Shown here in pieces: positions 21,058 to 30,712 of a stretch of DNA of 64,000 nt. Position 1 is the first letter of the stretch. Every line of letters starts with the position of its first letter. Origin of the DNA: an uncultured Actinomycetes bacterium (lineage in GTDB: Bacteria; Actinomycetota; Thermoleophilia; Gaiellales; Gaiellaceae); assembly GCA_963815005.1 (NCBI GenBank), contig CAWFFI010000006.1, positions 139,231 through 203,230 of the forward strand, in the 5' to 3' direction. A program made the position numbers and the translations under genes. The notes beneath the pieces are model-generated. The model was given only the letters and a program-made list of their open reading frames with translations. It was not told where the DNA came from and did no database searches.

Positions 21058-21531
21058 ATGGCGAACGTCACACATATCGAACAGCACCTCCCGGTTCCCT
21101 TCGAGACCGCAACCGTCGGCGACGCGATGAGCCCCGGCGTGATCAGCTGCCCTCCCGAGACGCCCCTGCGCGTCGTCGCGCGGATGATGTCGACGTTCAA
21201 CGTCCACTCCGTGTTCGTCTTCGAGCATCAGGACGAGGACGACGAGGACCGCCAGCTCTGGGCGGTCGTCTCCGACCTCGACCTCGTCGCCGCGTCGCAG
21301 CTCGACGTGGACGCCCGCACCGCCGGCGAGAGTGCAGTGACGCCGCTCGTCTCCGTCCCGGCCGACGTGCCGCTCCACGATGCCGGGGAGCTGATGTCCC
21401 AGCACGGGATCCACCACCTCGCCGTCATCGACCCGGTGACGAAGCGGCCGCTCGGCGTCGTCTCGACGCTCGACATCGCCCGCTCGCTCGCGGCCGGCCA
21501 CGGCCCGCGCGAGACGCAGGCTTCCGCGTAG
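21058..21531 (+). CDS. CBS-pair domain protein
   Basis: 157 aa with two CBS repeats (..VGDAMSPGVISCPPETPL..; ..HHLAVIDPVTKRPLGVVSTLDI..). Uninterrupted. Confidence 0.75.
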   Translation: MANVTHIEQHLPVPFETATVGDAMSPGVISCPPETPLRVVARMMSTFNVHSVFVFEHQDEDDEDRQLWAVVSDLDLVAASQLDVDARTAGESAVTPLVSVPADVPLHDAGELMSQHGIHHLAVIDPVTKRPLGVVSTLDIARSLAAGHGPRETQASA

Positions 21532-21583
21532 CGGCGCCGACGGCTTGCGCTGTCGGCCACTTCCTCCCGGTACCCTCCACGGT

Positions 21584-22336
21584 GTGGAAGAGAGCGCGCT
21601 CCGGCGCGGCAATGCCTGGCTGGCGGCGCTTCATGCGGCGCAGGCGGCGGTGATCCTTGCGCTCTCGACCGGCTTCTCGCTTCCGGTGACGGGCGCCTTC
21701 ATGGAGGGCCAGCCGGGCAGTGGGCCGCCGCGGCAGGATGTGCTCTTCAACCTCCGCATCGGCCCGCTCGTCGCCGCGTTCCTGTTGCTCGCGGCGATCG
21801 ACCACGCTCTCGTCGCGCTCCCGCCGTTCCGCGCGCGCTACGAGCGGTGCCTCGCCGCCGGCGTCAACCCGTTCCGCTGGCTCGAATACTCGCTGTCGGC
21901 GTCGGTGATGGTCGTGCTGATCGCGATGCTGACCGGCATCGCCGACTATGTCGCGTTGTTCGCCCTCTTCGCCGCGAATGCGGCGATGATCTTCCTCGGT
22001 TGGCTGATGGAGCAGCTCAACCCGCCGGATCGTGCCCGGACGCGCTGGCTGCCTTTCGGGCTCGGCTGCGCCGTCGGGGCCGTGGCGTGGATCGCGATCG
22101 GACTGCAGATCGGCGTCTCGGCGGGACGTGGACACGCGCCGCCGAGCTTCGTCTACGCGATCTTCGTCTCACTCTTCGTCCTGTTCAACAGCTTTGCCGT
22201 GAACCAGGCCCTGCAGTACAAGCGGGTCGGGCGCTGGCGCGACTACCGCTACGGCGAGCGCTGGTACCTCTGGCTGAGCCTGGTCGCGAAGAGCCTGCTC
22301 GCATGGCAGGTCTTCGCGAACGTGCTCGTGCTCTGA
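21584..22336 (+). CDS. Heliorhodopsin
   Basis: 7-TM protein that aligns end to end with heliorhodopsin 48C12 as I recall it. Shared blocks: FRWLEYSLSASVMVVLIA (counter-ion Glu), LFNSFAVNQALQYK, LSLVAKSLLAWQ (Schiff-base Lys). Alternative start at TTG 21545. Uninterrupted. Confidence 0.85.
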   Translation: MEESALRRGNAWLAALHAAQAAVILALSTGFSLPVTGAFMEGQPGSGPPRQDVLFNLRIGPLVAAFLLLAAIDHALVALPPFRARYERCLAAGVNPFRWLEYSLSASVMVVLIAMLTGIADYVALFALFAANAAMIFLGWLMEQLNPPDRARTRWLPFGLGCAVGAVAWIAIGLQIGVSAGRGHAPPSFVYAIFVSLFVLFNSFAVNQALQYKRVGRWRDYRYGERWYLWLSLVAKSLLAWQVFANVLVL

Positions 22337-22521
22337 GCGAACGACGACAACGGGTAACGGCTAACGCGACGCACGGGGCGTCGCATGGGGCAGTGTTCGA
22401 TGCCCTCGCGACTTGCCCTCGTCGCCGCACCGTCGTGCTCGCCGGTGCACGATTGCCGGCACAGGCTCTCCAGTTCCGCCAGGCGGCTCATCGCAGGCGC
22501 TCGAACCGGAGGTGTCACCCG

Positions 22522-23043
22522 TCAAAACTCTCGTACGGTCAGCAGGCTGTTGCCGTGGACGGCGTCGTGCTCGATCCGGCCCGTTTCGCGGAACCCGAGC
22601 TTCTCCAGGACCCGCCGCGAGGCGGCATTCCAGTCCCTGACCGTTGCCCACAACCGGGCGTAGCCCGCGTCGCTCACCCACGTGACCACGGCCCGGCCCG
22701 CCTCGGTTGCGTAACCACGGCCCTGGGCCGCACGCAACAACTCGTAGGCCAACTCGGGCTCGTCGGGCGATCCGTTGCCATGAAAGACCAGTCCGCAATA
22801 CCCGATGACGTCGGCCGTGTGCTTCCGCTCCACCGTGAGGATCCCCGGTCTCGACTCCTCACGCCCTGCGCGTATCTGCGCGGCGACGTCCTCCAGGGTG
22901 GGTCGGCCCTCGGGATCTATCCGCCGATGCGGCGGCACCCGTGGATCCCGCTCGGTCCACAGCCGGCGATAGATGGCGGCCTCGTCGACTCTGGGCTGCC
23001 GAAGGATGAGGCGATCGGTCTCCAAGGTGTCCAGAACGGGCAC
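22522..23043 (-). CDS. GNAT family N-acetyltransferase (RimJ/RimL-like)
   Basis: 173-aa uninterrupted ORF (TDRLILRQP.., ELAYELLRAAQGRGYATEA..) in a visibly less GC-rich stretch. Confidence 0.75.
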   Translation of the reverse strand: MPVLDTLETDRLILRQPRVDEAAIYRRLWTERDPRVPPHRRIDPEGRPTLEDVAAQIRAGREESRPGILTVERKHTADVIGYCGLVFHGNGSPDEPELAYELLRAAQGRGYATEAGRAVVTWVSDAGYARLWATVRDWNAASRRVLEKLGFRETGRIEHDAVHGNSLLTVREF

Positions 23044-23156
23044 TCACGACATCGTGACAGTGCGTCCGCGTCAGCGCGCAACGACGATCAGCCGTGTCGG
23101 AAGAGGCGAACCCTTCGCCTGGGCAAGCGTGTCACTCGCTCGATGCCGTACGTCGA

Positions 23157-23179
23157 GCAAGTAACACGTTGTCACTTGC
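23157..23179 (-). terminator. Terminator-like hairpin after the pot/oxidase operon
   Basis: GCAAGT..ACTTGC stem directly after the TAG at 23180-23182 (minus strand). A second small hairpin GGCGAA-CCC-TTCGCC lies at 23105-23119. Confidence 0.4.
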
Positions 23180-24609
23180 CTAGCGGGTGCCGAGCTCCAT
23201 CCCGAGCAGCCGCGGCAGCGCGGCGCCCGCGCGCGCGACGAACGACGGCCGCCGGCCCTGCTCCTCGGCCTCCTCGCACGCCATGATCGCGGCGCGGACG
23301 AGTCCGCCGCCGACGCGGCGGAACGGCTCGCCCGGGAGCCGCGGCACGCGGCGCGTCGCGAGCGGCAGCCGCGTCCACTCGTCGTCGGCGCCGAGGACGA
23401 GCGAGGCGAGGATCCGGCCGCCGAGCCAGCTCGGGCCGACGCCGTGGCCGGAGTAGCCGGCGCCGTAGTGGACGCGCGTGCCCGGCTTCGTCGCGAAGAA
23501 CGGCAGGTGGTCGGCCGAGACGTCGATCGGGCCGCCCCACGACCGCTCGACGCGCGCGGCGCGCGAGCCCCGGCAGCAGCCGCCGCAGCCCCGCCTCGGC
23601 ACGGCCCGCGCTCGCCCGGTCGGTGTCGAAGCGGGCGTCGACCCGGCCGCCGAAGCCGATCGGCCCCGACCCGCTGCCCATCAGCACGCGGCCGTCCGCG
23701 GGTGGTGCGGAAGTAGTGGAGGAACATGCGCGCGTCGAAGATCCCCTCCCCGCCCGTCCAGCCGATCTCCTCGAGCAGCTCCGGCACCGGCTCGGTGAGG
23801 ACGACGTACGAGCCGAAGTTCGTGAGCGAGCGGCCCGCCGGCCGCCAGCCGGTGAGCGCCGCGTTCGTCGCGAGCACGACCTCGGGTGCACGGAGCGTGC
23901 CGCGCGGCGTCTCGATCACGTTCGGCTTCCCGGCGCGCACGCGGAGCGCGGGCGTCCGCTCGTGGACCGTCACGCCCGCCGCAATCGCCGCGCGACGCAG
24001 CGCACGCACGAGCAGCCCCGGATGCACCGTCGCCCCGTCCGGGAAGAAGACGCCGCCCCGGAACGTCGCCGAGGAGACGCGCCGCCCGAGCTCCTCCCGC
24101 GAGAGCGCCACGGCCTGGTCGGGCCGCCCCACCGCGGCCGCCGCCGCCACCGCCTCCTCGAGCGCGGCGTCCTGCGCCGGCGCGGCCGACACGAGCAGGT
24201 TCCCGGCCTCGCGCAGCCAGACGTCCTCGCCACGGGCCTCCGCCCACGCGCGGATCCCCGGCACGATCGCCTCGCCGGCCCGCGCGAGCGCGAGCGCCTG
24301 CTCGTCGCCGAGCACGGGCCGCAGCGACCCGAGCGCCGCCCAGTAGCCGTGCAGGAAGCCGCCGTTGCGGCCGCTCGGCCCGTGGCCGCAGACCTCCGCC
24401 TCGAGGAGCGTCACCCGCAGCTCCGGCGCCCGCTCGCGCAGCTCGAGCGCCGTCCAGAGCCCGGTGTAGCCGCCGCCGACGACGACCACGTCGGCCGTCG
24501 CCTCACCGTCGAGCGCCGGTGCCGGCGCCGGCTCGCCCTCCGCTGCGAGCGCATCCTCCAGCCACCAGGCCGGGAGCCGCGGCTCGACCCCGGTGACGCT
24601 CGGGTTCAT
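23180..24609 (-). CDS. FAD-dependent oxidoreductase (gamma-glutamylputrescine oxidase-like), two frame breaks (about 23700 and 23563)
   Basis: ATG 24609 (ATGA overlap with the potC stop). VVVVGGGYTGLWTA FAD motif. Homologous blocks continue in successive +1 frames (ADGRVLMGSGSGPIGFGG..; ARVERSWGGPIDVSADHLPFF..GYSGHGVGPS..). Confidence 0.75.
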
Positions 24610-25454
24610 GCCCGCTTGGCGCGGCTGTTCTGGATCAGCACGTTGCCGAGCATCCCGACGACCGCGATCACGAAGATCGCCGTCCCGATCACGTTGATCT
24701 GCGGCGGCACGGCGACACGGGCGGCACCCCAGACGAAGAGCGGGAACGTCGTCACGGTGCCGGCGTTGAAGTACGTGATCACGAAGTCGTCGATCGAGAG
24801 CGCGAACGCGAGCAGCGAGGCCGCGAGGATCCCGGGCGCGATCAGCGGCAGCGTCACGCGGGCGAACGTCACCGCCTCGTTCGCGCCGAGGTCCATCGCC
24901 GCCTCCTCGAGATGGCGGTCGAAGCCGACGAGGCGCGCGCGCACGGTCACGACGACGTACGAGATGTTGAACATGATGTGCGCGATCAGGATCGTCCCGA
25001 AGCCCTGCGGGATCTTCCAGTTGAGGAAGAGCGTCAGCAGCGACGCGCCCATCACGATCTCCGGCGTCGTCATCGGGATGAAGATCAGGAGGTTCGTCGT
25101 CGCCGAGCCGCGGAACTTGTAGCGGACGAGCGCGAGCGCGATCAGCGTGCCGAGGATCGTGGAGAAGAGCGCCGACAGGACGGCGATCTCGACCGAGATC
25201 TGGAGCGCGCTGCCGAGCCCCGGATAGTCGAGCGGGTGCAGCCAGTTGTCGAACGTGAAGCCCTGCCACGTGTAGTTGAAGCGGCCGAGCGGGTTGTTGA
25301 ACGAGAACGCGACGACGATCCCGATCGGCAGGAACAGGTACGCGAGCGCGAGCAGGGCGTAGACGTCGAGCACGTGCCGGCGGACGAACCGCCACGCCCG
25401 CACCGGCGCCGACAGGCCCTGCCGCGCCGGCACCGCGCCCGAGACCGCGCTCAC
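24606..25454 (-). CDS. potC: Spermidine/putrescine ABC transporter permease
   Basis: GTG 25454 overlaps the potB stop. Six-TM permease with an EAA-like loop (EEAAMDLGANEAVTFARVTLP). Confidence 0.8.
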   Translation of the reverse strand: MSAVSGAVPARQGLSAPVRAWRFVRRHVLDVYALLALAYLFLPIGIVVAFSFNNPLGRFNYTWQGFTFDNWLHPLDYPGLGSALQISVEIAVLSALFSTILGTLIALALVRYKFRGSATTNLLIFIPMTTPEIVMGASLLTLFLNWKIPQGFGTILIAHIMFNISYVVVTVRARLVGFDRHLEEAAMDLGANEAVTFARVTLPLIAPGILAASLLAFALSIDDFVITYFNAGTVTTFPLFVWGAARVAVPPQINVIGTAIFVIAVVGMLGNVLIQNSRAKRA

Positions 25455-26320
25455 GCGGCGGCCCCCGCCGTCAGCCGGTCGGTGCCGAGAACGCGCGCGA
25501 AGATCAGGACGAGGACGAGGATCGCCCCCATCAGCACGAACGAGAGCGCCGCCGCGGTCGGATAGTTCCGCAGCGACAGGAACTGCGACTGGATGACGTT
25601 GCCGATCATGTACTGCTGCGGCGTCCCCAGCAGCTGCGCGTTGATGAAGTCGCCGGCGGCCGGGATGAACGTCAGCAGCACGCCGGCGAAGACGCCGGGC
25701 AGGGAGAGCGGCAGCGTCACGCGCGAGAACGACACCACCGGGTTCGAGTAGAGGTCGCCGGCCGCCTCGATCAGCCTCGGGTCGATCTGCTCGAGGCTGA
25801 CGTAGAGCGGCAGCACCATGAAGGGCAGGAAGTTGTAGGTGATGCCCGCGATCACCGCCGCCGAGGTGGCGAGGAGCCGCCCGTCCGCGCCGAGCACGTG
25901 GATGTCCTTCAGCACGGTGACGACGATGCCGCCGTCGGAGAGGATCGTCTCCCACGCGAGCGTCCGGATCAGGTACGTGACGAAGAACGGGGCGATCACG
26001 AGCAGGAGGAACAGGTTCTTCCACCGTCCGCCGCGGAACGCGATCCAGTACGCGAGCGGGTAGCTGATCGCGAGCGCTGCCACCGTCGCGATCCCCGCGT
26101 ACTCGAGCGAGCGGATGAACTGCGTCTGGTACGCCGAGACGGCGTCGCTGAAGTTCGACCACGCCCAGCCGAAGGAGAACAACGGGAAGAGGCCCTGCGA
26201 GAGGGCCATCGTCCCGAGGTAGTACATCGGCACGACGAAGAAGATCACGAGCCACGCCGTGCCCGGCGTGAGCAGGAGATACGGCGTCGCCCAGCGGGTG
26301 CGGTGGAAGAACCTGCCCAT
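25451..26320 (-). CDS. potB: Spermidine/putrescine ABC transporter permease
   Basis: 289-aa uninterrupted ORF with the permease EAA loop (IEAAGDLYSNPVVSFSRVTLP). Confidence 0.8.
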   Translation of the reverse strand: MGRFFHRTRWATPYLLLTPGTAWLVIFFVVPMYYLGTMALSQGLFPLFSFGWAWSNFSDAVSAYQTQFIRSLEYAGIATVAALAISYPLAYWIAFRGGRWKNLFLLLVIAPFFVTYLIRTLAWETILSDGGIVVTVLKDIHVLGADGRLLATSAAVIAGITYNFLPFMVLPLYVSLEQIDPRLIEAAGDLYSNPVVSFSRVTLPLSLPGVFAGVLLTFIPAAGDFINAQLLGTPQQYMIGNVIQSQFLSLRNYPTAAALSFVLMGAILVLVLIFARVLGTDRLTAGAAA

Positions 26321-26330
26321 GTCCCTCGGC

Positions 26331-27509
26331 CTAGGCGCCGATCAGGTTCTGGAAGTCCTGCTTGTACTTCGCGTTGTTCAGCGCCTTCGCGTCGAAGCCG
26401 TGCGTCTTCGCGAGCAGCGACGCCGGCGGGAAGATCAGCGGGTTGTTCGCCACGGCCGGGTCGGTCTTCTTCAGCACCGCCGCCGCACCCGACACGGGGC
26501 AGATGTAGTTGACGTAGTCCTCGACCTCGGCCGCGATCTTCGGGATGTAGAACCAATCCGCGAGCACGGAGGCGCCGTAGACGTTGCCGCCCTTCGGGAT
26601 CAGCATGTTGTCCGTCCACAGCATCGCCCCGGTCGTCGGCGCGTTCCACTTCAGGCCCGGATGGTCGGCCTGGAGCTGCACCATGTCGCCCGACCAGGCG
26701 AAGCAGGCCCACACGTCGCCCTTCGCGAGCAGCGGCGCGTAGTCGTTGCCCGTGAACTGGCGGATCTGGCCCGACGCGACCGCGGCCTTGATCCGCTTCA
26801 CGGCGGCGTCCCACGACTTCTTCGTCACGTTCGACGGGTCGTCGCCGTTCGCGAGCATGACGAGGCCCATGGTGTCCGACATCTCGGTGAGCAGCGTCAC
26901 CTTGCCCTTGAGCTTCGGGTCGGTGAAGAGCTTGTCGACCGAGTCGATCTCGTAGCCCACCTTCTTCGGGTCGTAGCCGATTCCCGTCAGCCCGGACTGC
27001 CACGGCAGGCTGTAGTCGCGGTTCGGGTCCCACGCCGGGTGCTGCTGCGCCGGGATCAGGTTCTTGAAGTTCGGCATCGCGGACTTGTCCCACTTCTCGA
27101 GCCACCCGAGCTGGATCATCCGCTGCGGCAGGCCCGAGGAGTCGGTCATCACGACGAGGTCGCGGCCGACGGACTGCCCCTGCGACAGCGGACCCTCGAT
27201 CTTCCCGAAGAAGGTGTCGTTGTCGTTGATGTCCTCGATGTAGCGGACGGTCGTGCCGGGGTGAGCCGCCTGGAACTGCACGAGCGACGGATGCGTCTTC
27301 TTCTTGTCGTTGATGTCGATGTAGAGCGGCCAGTTCGAGAACGTGATCGTCTTCGGCAGCGTCTGCTTCGCGGTGGTCGCGGCCGCGGCGGTCGTCGCCG
27401 CGGACTTGCTGCCGCCGCCGCAGGCCGCGAGCAGCCCGGGGACGGTGAGGATCGACCCGCCGGCCGCGGCGCGGCGGAGGAAGGCTGAGCGAGAGATGCG
27501 ATCGGTCAT
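26331..27509 (-). CDS. potD: Spermidine/putrescine ABC transporter substrate-binding lipoprotein (Tat-type signal)
   Basis: RSAFLRRAAAGG..LLAACGGG signal/lipobox, then a PotD/PotF-like domain. Uninterrupted. Confidence 0.8.
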   Translation of the reverse strand: MTDRISRSAFLRRAAAGGSILTVPGLLAACGGGSKSAATTAAAATTAKQTLPKTITFSNWPLYIDINDKKKTHPSLVQFQAAHPGTTVRYIEDINDNDTFFGKIEGPLSQGQSVGRDLVVMTDSSGLPQRMIQLGWLEKWDKSAMPNFKNLIPAQQHPAWDPNRDYSLPWQSGLTGIGYDPKKVGYEIDSVDKLFTDPKLKGKVTLLTEMSDTMGLVMLANGDDPSNVTKKSWDAAVKRIKAAVASGQIRQFTGNDYAPLLAKGDVWACFAWSGDMVQLQADHPGLKWNAPTTGAMLWTDNMLIPKGGNVYGASVLADWFYIPKIAAEVEDYVNYICPVSGAAAVLKKTDPAVANNPLIFPPASLLAKTHGFDAKALNNAKYKQDFQNLIGA

Positions 27510-28622
27510 CTAGGGCGCCTCCTGGGCATCGACGACGAAAGTGCAGTCCGGGCTCCAGGTGAGCGTGAGGCGCTCACCCGGCTTCACCCCCTGAGCGCCC
27601 GGACGGTCGTTCTGGACGTAGACCGTCACGGGGCCTGCCGGCGTCTCGACGATGTACTGCGTCGACACGCCGATGTACGCGCTCTCCGAGACCGTCCCGG
27701 AGAGAGCGTTCGGCTCGCTGCCGTCGGTGCGGAGCTTCTCCGGCCGGACGCCGATCTGCACCGAACCGCTGCGGCCGCCGAGCACCTCGCGCGGCACCGA
27801 CACCTCGGTCCCGTCCCGGAGCCGCACGCGGTCGTCCCCGACGACCTCGCCCGGCAGCAGGTTCGAGACGCCGAGGAAGCCGGCGACGAACGCGGTGCGC
27901 GGATTCTCGTAGAGGTCGCTCGGCGTCCCGAGCTGCTCGATGTGCCCCCCGTTCATGATCACGATCCGGTCGGCCATCGTCATGGCCTCCTCCTGGTCGT
28001 GCGTCACGTGGACGAACGTGATCCCGACCTCGTGCTGGATCCGCTTCAGCTCGAGCTGCATCTCCTTGCGGAGCTTCAGGTCGAGCGCGCCGAGCGGCTC
28101 GTCGAGCAGGAGCACGCGCGGATGGTTGACGAGGGCGCGGGCGAGCGCGATCCGCTGCTGCTGGCCGCCGGAGAGCTGCTTCGGCTTGCGCCGCTCGAGC
28201 CCGGCGAGGCCGACGAGCTCGAGCGCGTCGACGACGCGCTTGCGCAGCTCGTCGCCGCGCACCTTCTTGCGGCGGAGGCCGAAGGCGACGTTCTCGAAGA
28301 TCGAGAGGTGCGGGAAGAGCGCGTACGACTGGAACACGGTGTTGACGTCGCGCTTGTACGGGGGCAGCGGCGCCACGTCGACGCCGCCCAGCTCGATCCG
28401 GCCGGCGGTCGGCTCCTCGAAGCCGCCGATCATCCGCAGCGTCGTCGTCTTGCCGCAGCCGGACGGGCCGAGCAGGGCGAAGAACCGGCCCCGCTCGATG
28501 TCGAGCGACAGGTCGTCGACCGCGAGGACGTCCTCGAACCGCTTCGTGAGACCGACGAGGCGGATGTCGACGTCGCCGCCGGCCTCCTGCCCGTGCGTCT
28601 CGACCGCCGCCTGAGTGCTCAT
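27510..28622 (-). CDS. potA: Spermidine/putrescine ABC transporter ATP-binding protein
   Basis: ATG 28622 (ATGA overlap with the upstream stop). Walker [18 protein letters not shown] signature, C-terminal TOBE-like domain. Confidence 0.85.
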   Translation of the reverse strand: MSTQAAVETHGQEAGGDVDIRLVGLTKRFEDVLAVDDLSLDIERGRFFALLGPSGCGKTTTLRMIGGFEEPTAGRIELGGVDVAPLPPYKRDVNTVFQSYALFPHLSIFENVAFGLRRKKVRGDELRKRVVDALELVGLAGLERRKPKQLSGGQQQRIALARALVNHPRVLLLDEPLGALDLKLRKEMQLELKRIQHEVGITFVHVTHDQEEAMTMADRIVIMNGGHIEQLGTPSDLYENPRTAFVAGFLGVSNLLPGEVVGDDRVRLRDGTEVSVPREVLGGRSGSVQIGVRPEKLRTDGSEPNALSGTVSESAYIGVSTQYIVETPAGPVTVYVQNDRPGAQGVKPGERLTLTWSPDCTFVVDAQEAP

Positions 28623-30083
28623 GACACCCGCTCCCAGGCCTCGGCGAGGACGTCGCCGAGGATCCCGACCATCTCGTCGAACTCCGCCTGCCCGGCGACG
28701 AGCGGCGGCGAGATCTGGATCACGGGGTCGCCCCGGTCGTCGGCGCGGCAGATCAGCCCCCGCTCGAAGAGCCGCGGCGAGAGGAACCCGCGCAGGAGCG
28801 TCTCGCACTCCTCGTCGGAGAACGTCTCCCGTGTCTCCTTGTCCTTCACGAGCTCGAGAGCGTAGAAGAATCCGGCGCCGCGCACGTCGCCGACGATCGG
28901 CAGGTCGAGCAGCTGCTCGAGCGTCGCCCGGAACGGGGCCTCGCTGGAGAGCACGTGCTCGTTCAGCCGCTCGCGCTTCATGATCTCGATGTTCTTCAGG
29001 GCGATCGCGCTCATCACGGGGTGGCCGCCGAACGTGATCCCGTGCGAGTACATCGAGCTCGCCTCGAGGAACGGCTCCATCACCCGGTCGGTCGTCACGA
29101 CCGCGCCGATCGCCGCATACGAAGAGGAGAGGCCCTTCGCGCACGTGACGATGTCGGGCCGGATGTCGTACCGCTCCGACGCGAACCAGTGGCCGAGCCG
29201 CCCGAAGCCGGTGATCACCTCGTCGGCCGAGAGCAGGATGTCGTAGCGGTCGCAGAGCTCGCGGACGCCCTGCCAGTAGCCCGCCGGCGCGAACGAACGC
29301 GCCGCCGGCGTTCTGCACCGGCTCCATGTGCACGAGACACACGGTCTGCGGGTCCATCGCGAGGATCGTCTGCTCGAGGTCGTCGAGCAGGTAGCCCGTG
29401 AACTCCGCCTCGGTCTCGCCGGGCGGGCGGTGGTAGCGGTTCGTGTTCGCCACGTGCCGCACCTCGGGCACGAGCGGCTCGAACGGCGAGCGGAGCGCGG
29501 GGATGCCGTTGATCGAGAGCGCGCCGAAGGTGGTGCCGTGGTAGGCGATCCGCCGCGCGATCGCCTTGTAGCGGAGCGGCGGGCCCTGCATCTCCGAGGC
29601 GATCGCGTCGTGCCGCGTCTCGGGCTCTCCGCCGGGGTTGACGACGATCGCGCGCAGCCGCTGCTCGCGGCGCGCGACGTAGTACTGGCGGGCGAGCTTC
29701 CAGGCGGACTCGACCGCCTCCGAGCCGCCGGAGACGAAGAAGACGCGGTTCAGGTCGCCCGGCGCGAGCGAGGCGATCTCGGCGGCGAGCTCGATCGCGC
29801 GCGGGTGCGCGTACGTCCAGTTCGTGTAGAAGGGCAGCTCGCGCATCTGCTCGAGCGCGGCCTGGCCGACCTCCTCGCCGTAGCCGTAGCCGATGTTGAC
29901 GGAGAAGAGGCCGGCGAGCGCGTCGAGATAGCGGTTGCCGCGCGCGTCCTCGAGGTAGCAGCCGTCGCCGCGCACGATGATCGGCGGCTCGTGGCCGCCC
30001 ATGCGCGTGAAGTGGAGCCACAGATGGTCACGGGCGGCCCGCTGGAGGTCCTCGATCTCCCGTGCGGTCTCGTAGGTCGTCAC
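28619..30083 (-). CDS. Class III (omega) aminotransferase, putrescine/beta-alanine-pyruvate type, frame break near 29292
   Basis: GTG 30083 overlaps the Lrp stop. After ..MEPVQNAGGAF the continuation (APAGYWQGVRELCDRYDILLSADEVITGFGR..DIVTCAKGLSS, PLP Lys) is in the +1 frame. Confidence 0.8.
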
Positions 30084-30601
30084 TCGCCGCCCCCTTTCGT
30101 CCGGGTTCCCCAGTCGTACAGCTGCTTCCACATCTCGAGGTAGAAGAAGGTCTCGGTGGAGGCGACGCCGTCGAGCGCGCGCATCCGGTTCGTCAGGTCG
30201 AGCAGGCCCCTCCGGTCGGCGGCGACCACCTCGACGAGGAGGTCGAACTGGCCGGCGGTGACGACAACGTAGTCGGCTTCGGGCCAGCGTGCGATCTCGT
30301 CGGCGACGACCTCCGACGGCCCCGAGGTGCGGACGCCGACGAGCGCCTGCTCGAACCCGAGCCCGAGCGGGTTCGTGACCGCGACCACCTGGAGGATCTC
30401 GTCGTTGCAGAGCCGCGCGTAGCGGGCGCGCACGGTCGCCTCCGAGACGCCGAGTCGTGCGGCGATGCCGCGGAACGACTCGCGGCCGTTCTCCTGCAGC
30501 GCCTCGATGATCCCGCCGGTCGAGATCGTCGACACGGCGGGCGGGGGCGACCGGGCCGCGACGCGGCTCACCGGCGGCGGTGAGCCGGAGCGACTGGGCA
30601 T
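30080..30601 (-). CDS. Lrp/AsnC family transcriptional regulator
   Basis: HTH block (ENGRESFRGIAARLGVSEATVRARYARL) plus an AsnC-type ligand domain. The start is uncertain (ATG 30646, ATG 30601 or GTG 30535). Confidence 0.75.
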   Translation of the reverse strand: MPSRSGSPPPVSRVAARSPPPAVSTISTGGIIEALQENGRESFRGIAARLGVSEATVRARYARLCNDEILQVVAVTNPLGLGFEQALVGVRTSGPSEVVADEIARWPEADYVVVTAGQFDLLVEVVAADRRGLLDLTNRMRALDGVASTETFFYLEMWKQLYDWGTRTKGGGE

Positions 30602-30712
30602 CCTCTCTGCGCAACGCGTGGCATTCGTACCATCCTGGCTGCGCATTTCGTCAATCGCAACGCGCTTGACCGCCGCTTCGCGCGGCGTCGCTGTGCTTGA
30701 ATCGCACTCCGG

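Noticed and set aside
22249-22518. 89-aa minus-strand ORF downstream of the GNAT gene (MSRLAELESLCRQSC..).
   Set aside because: Its distal half is antisense to the well-supported heliorhodopsin 3' end. It has no convincing RBS, and third-position GC decays quickly. It is probably non-coding.
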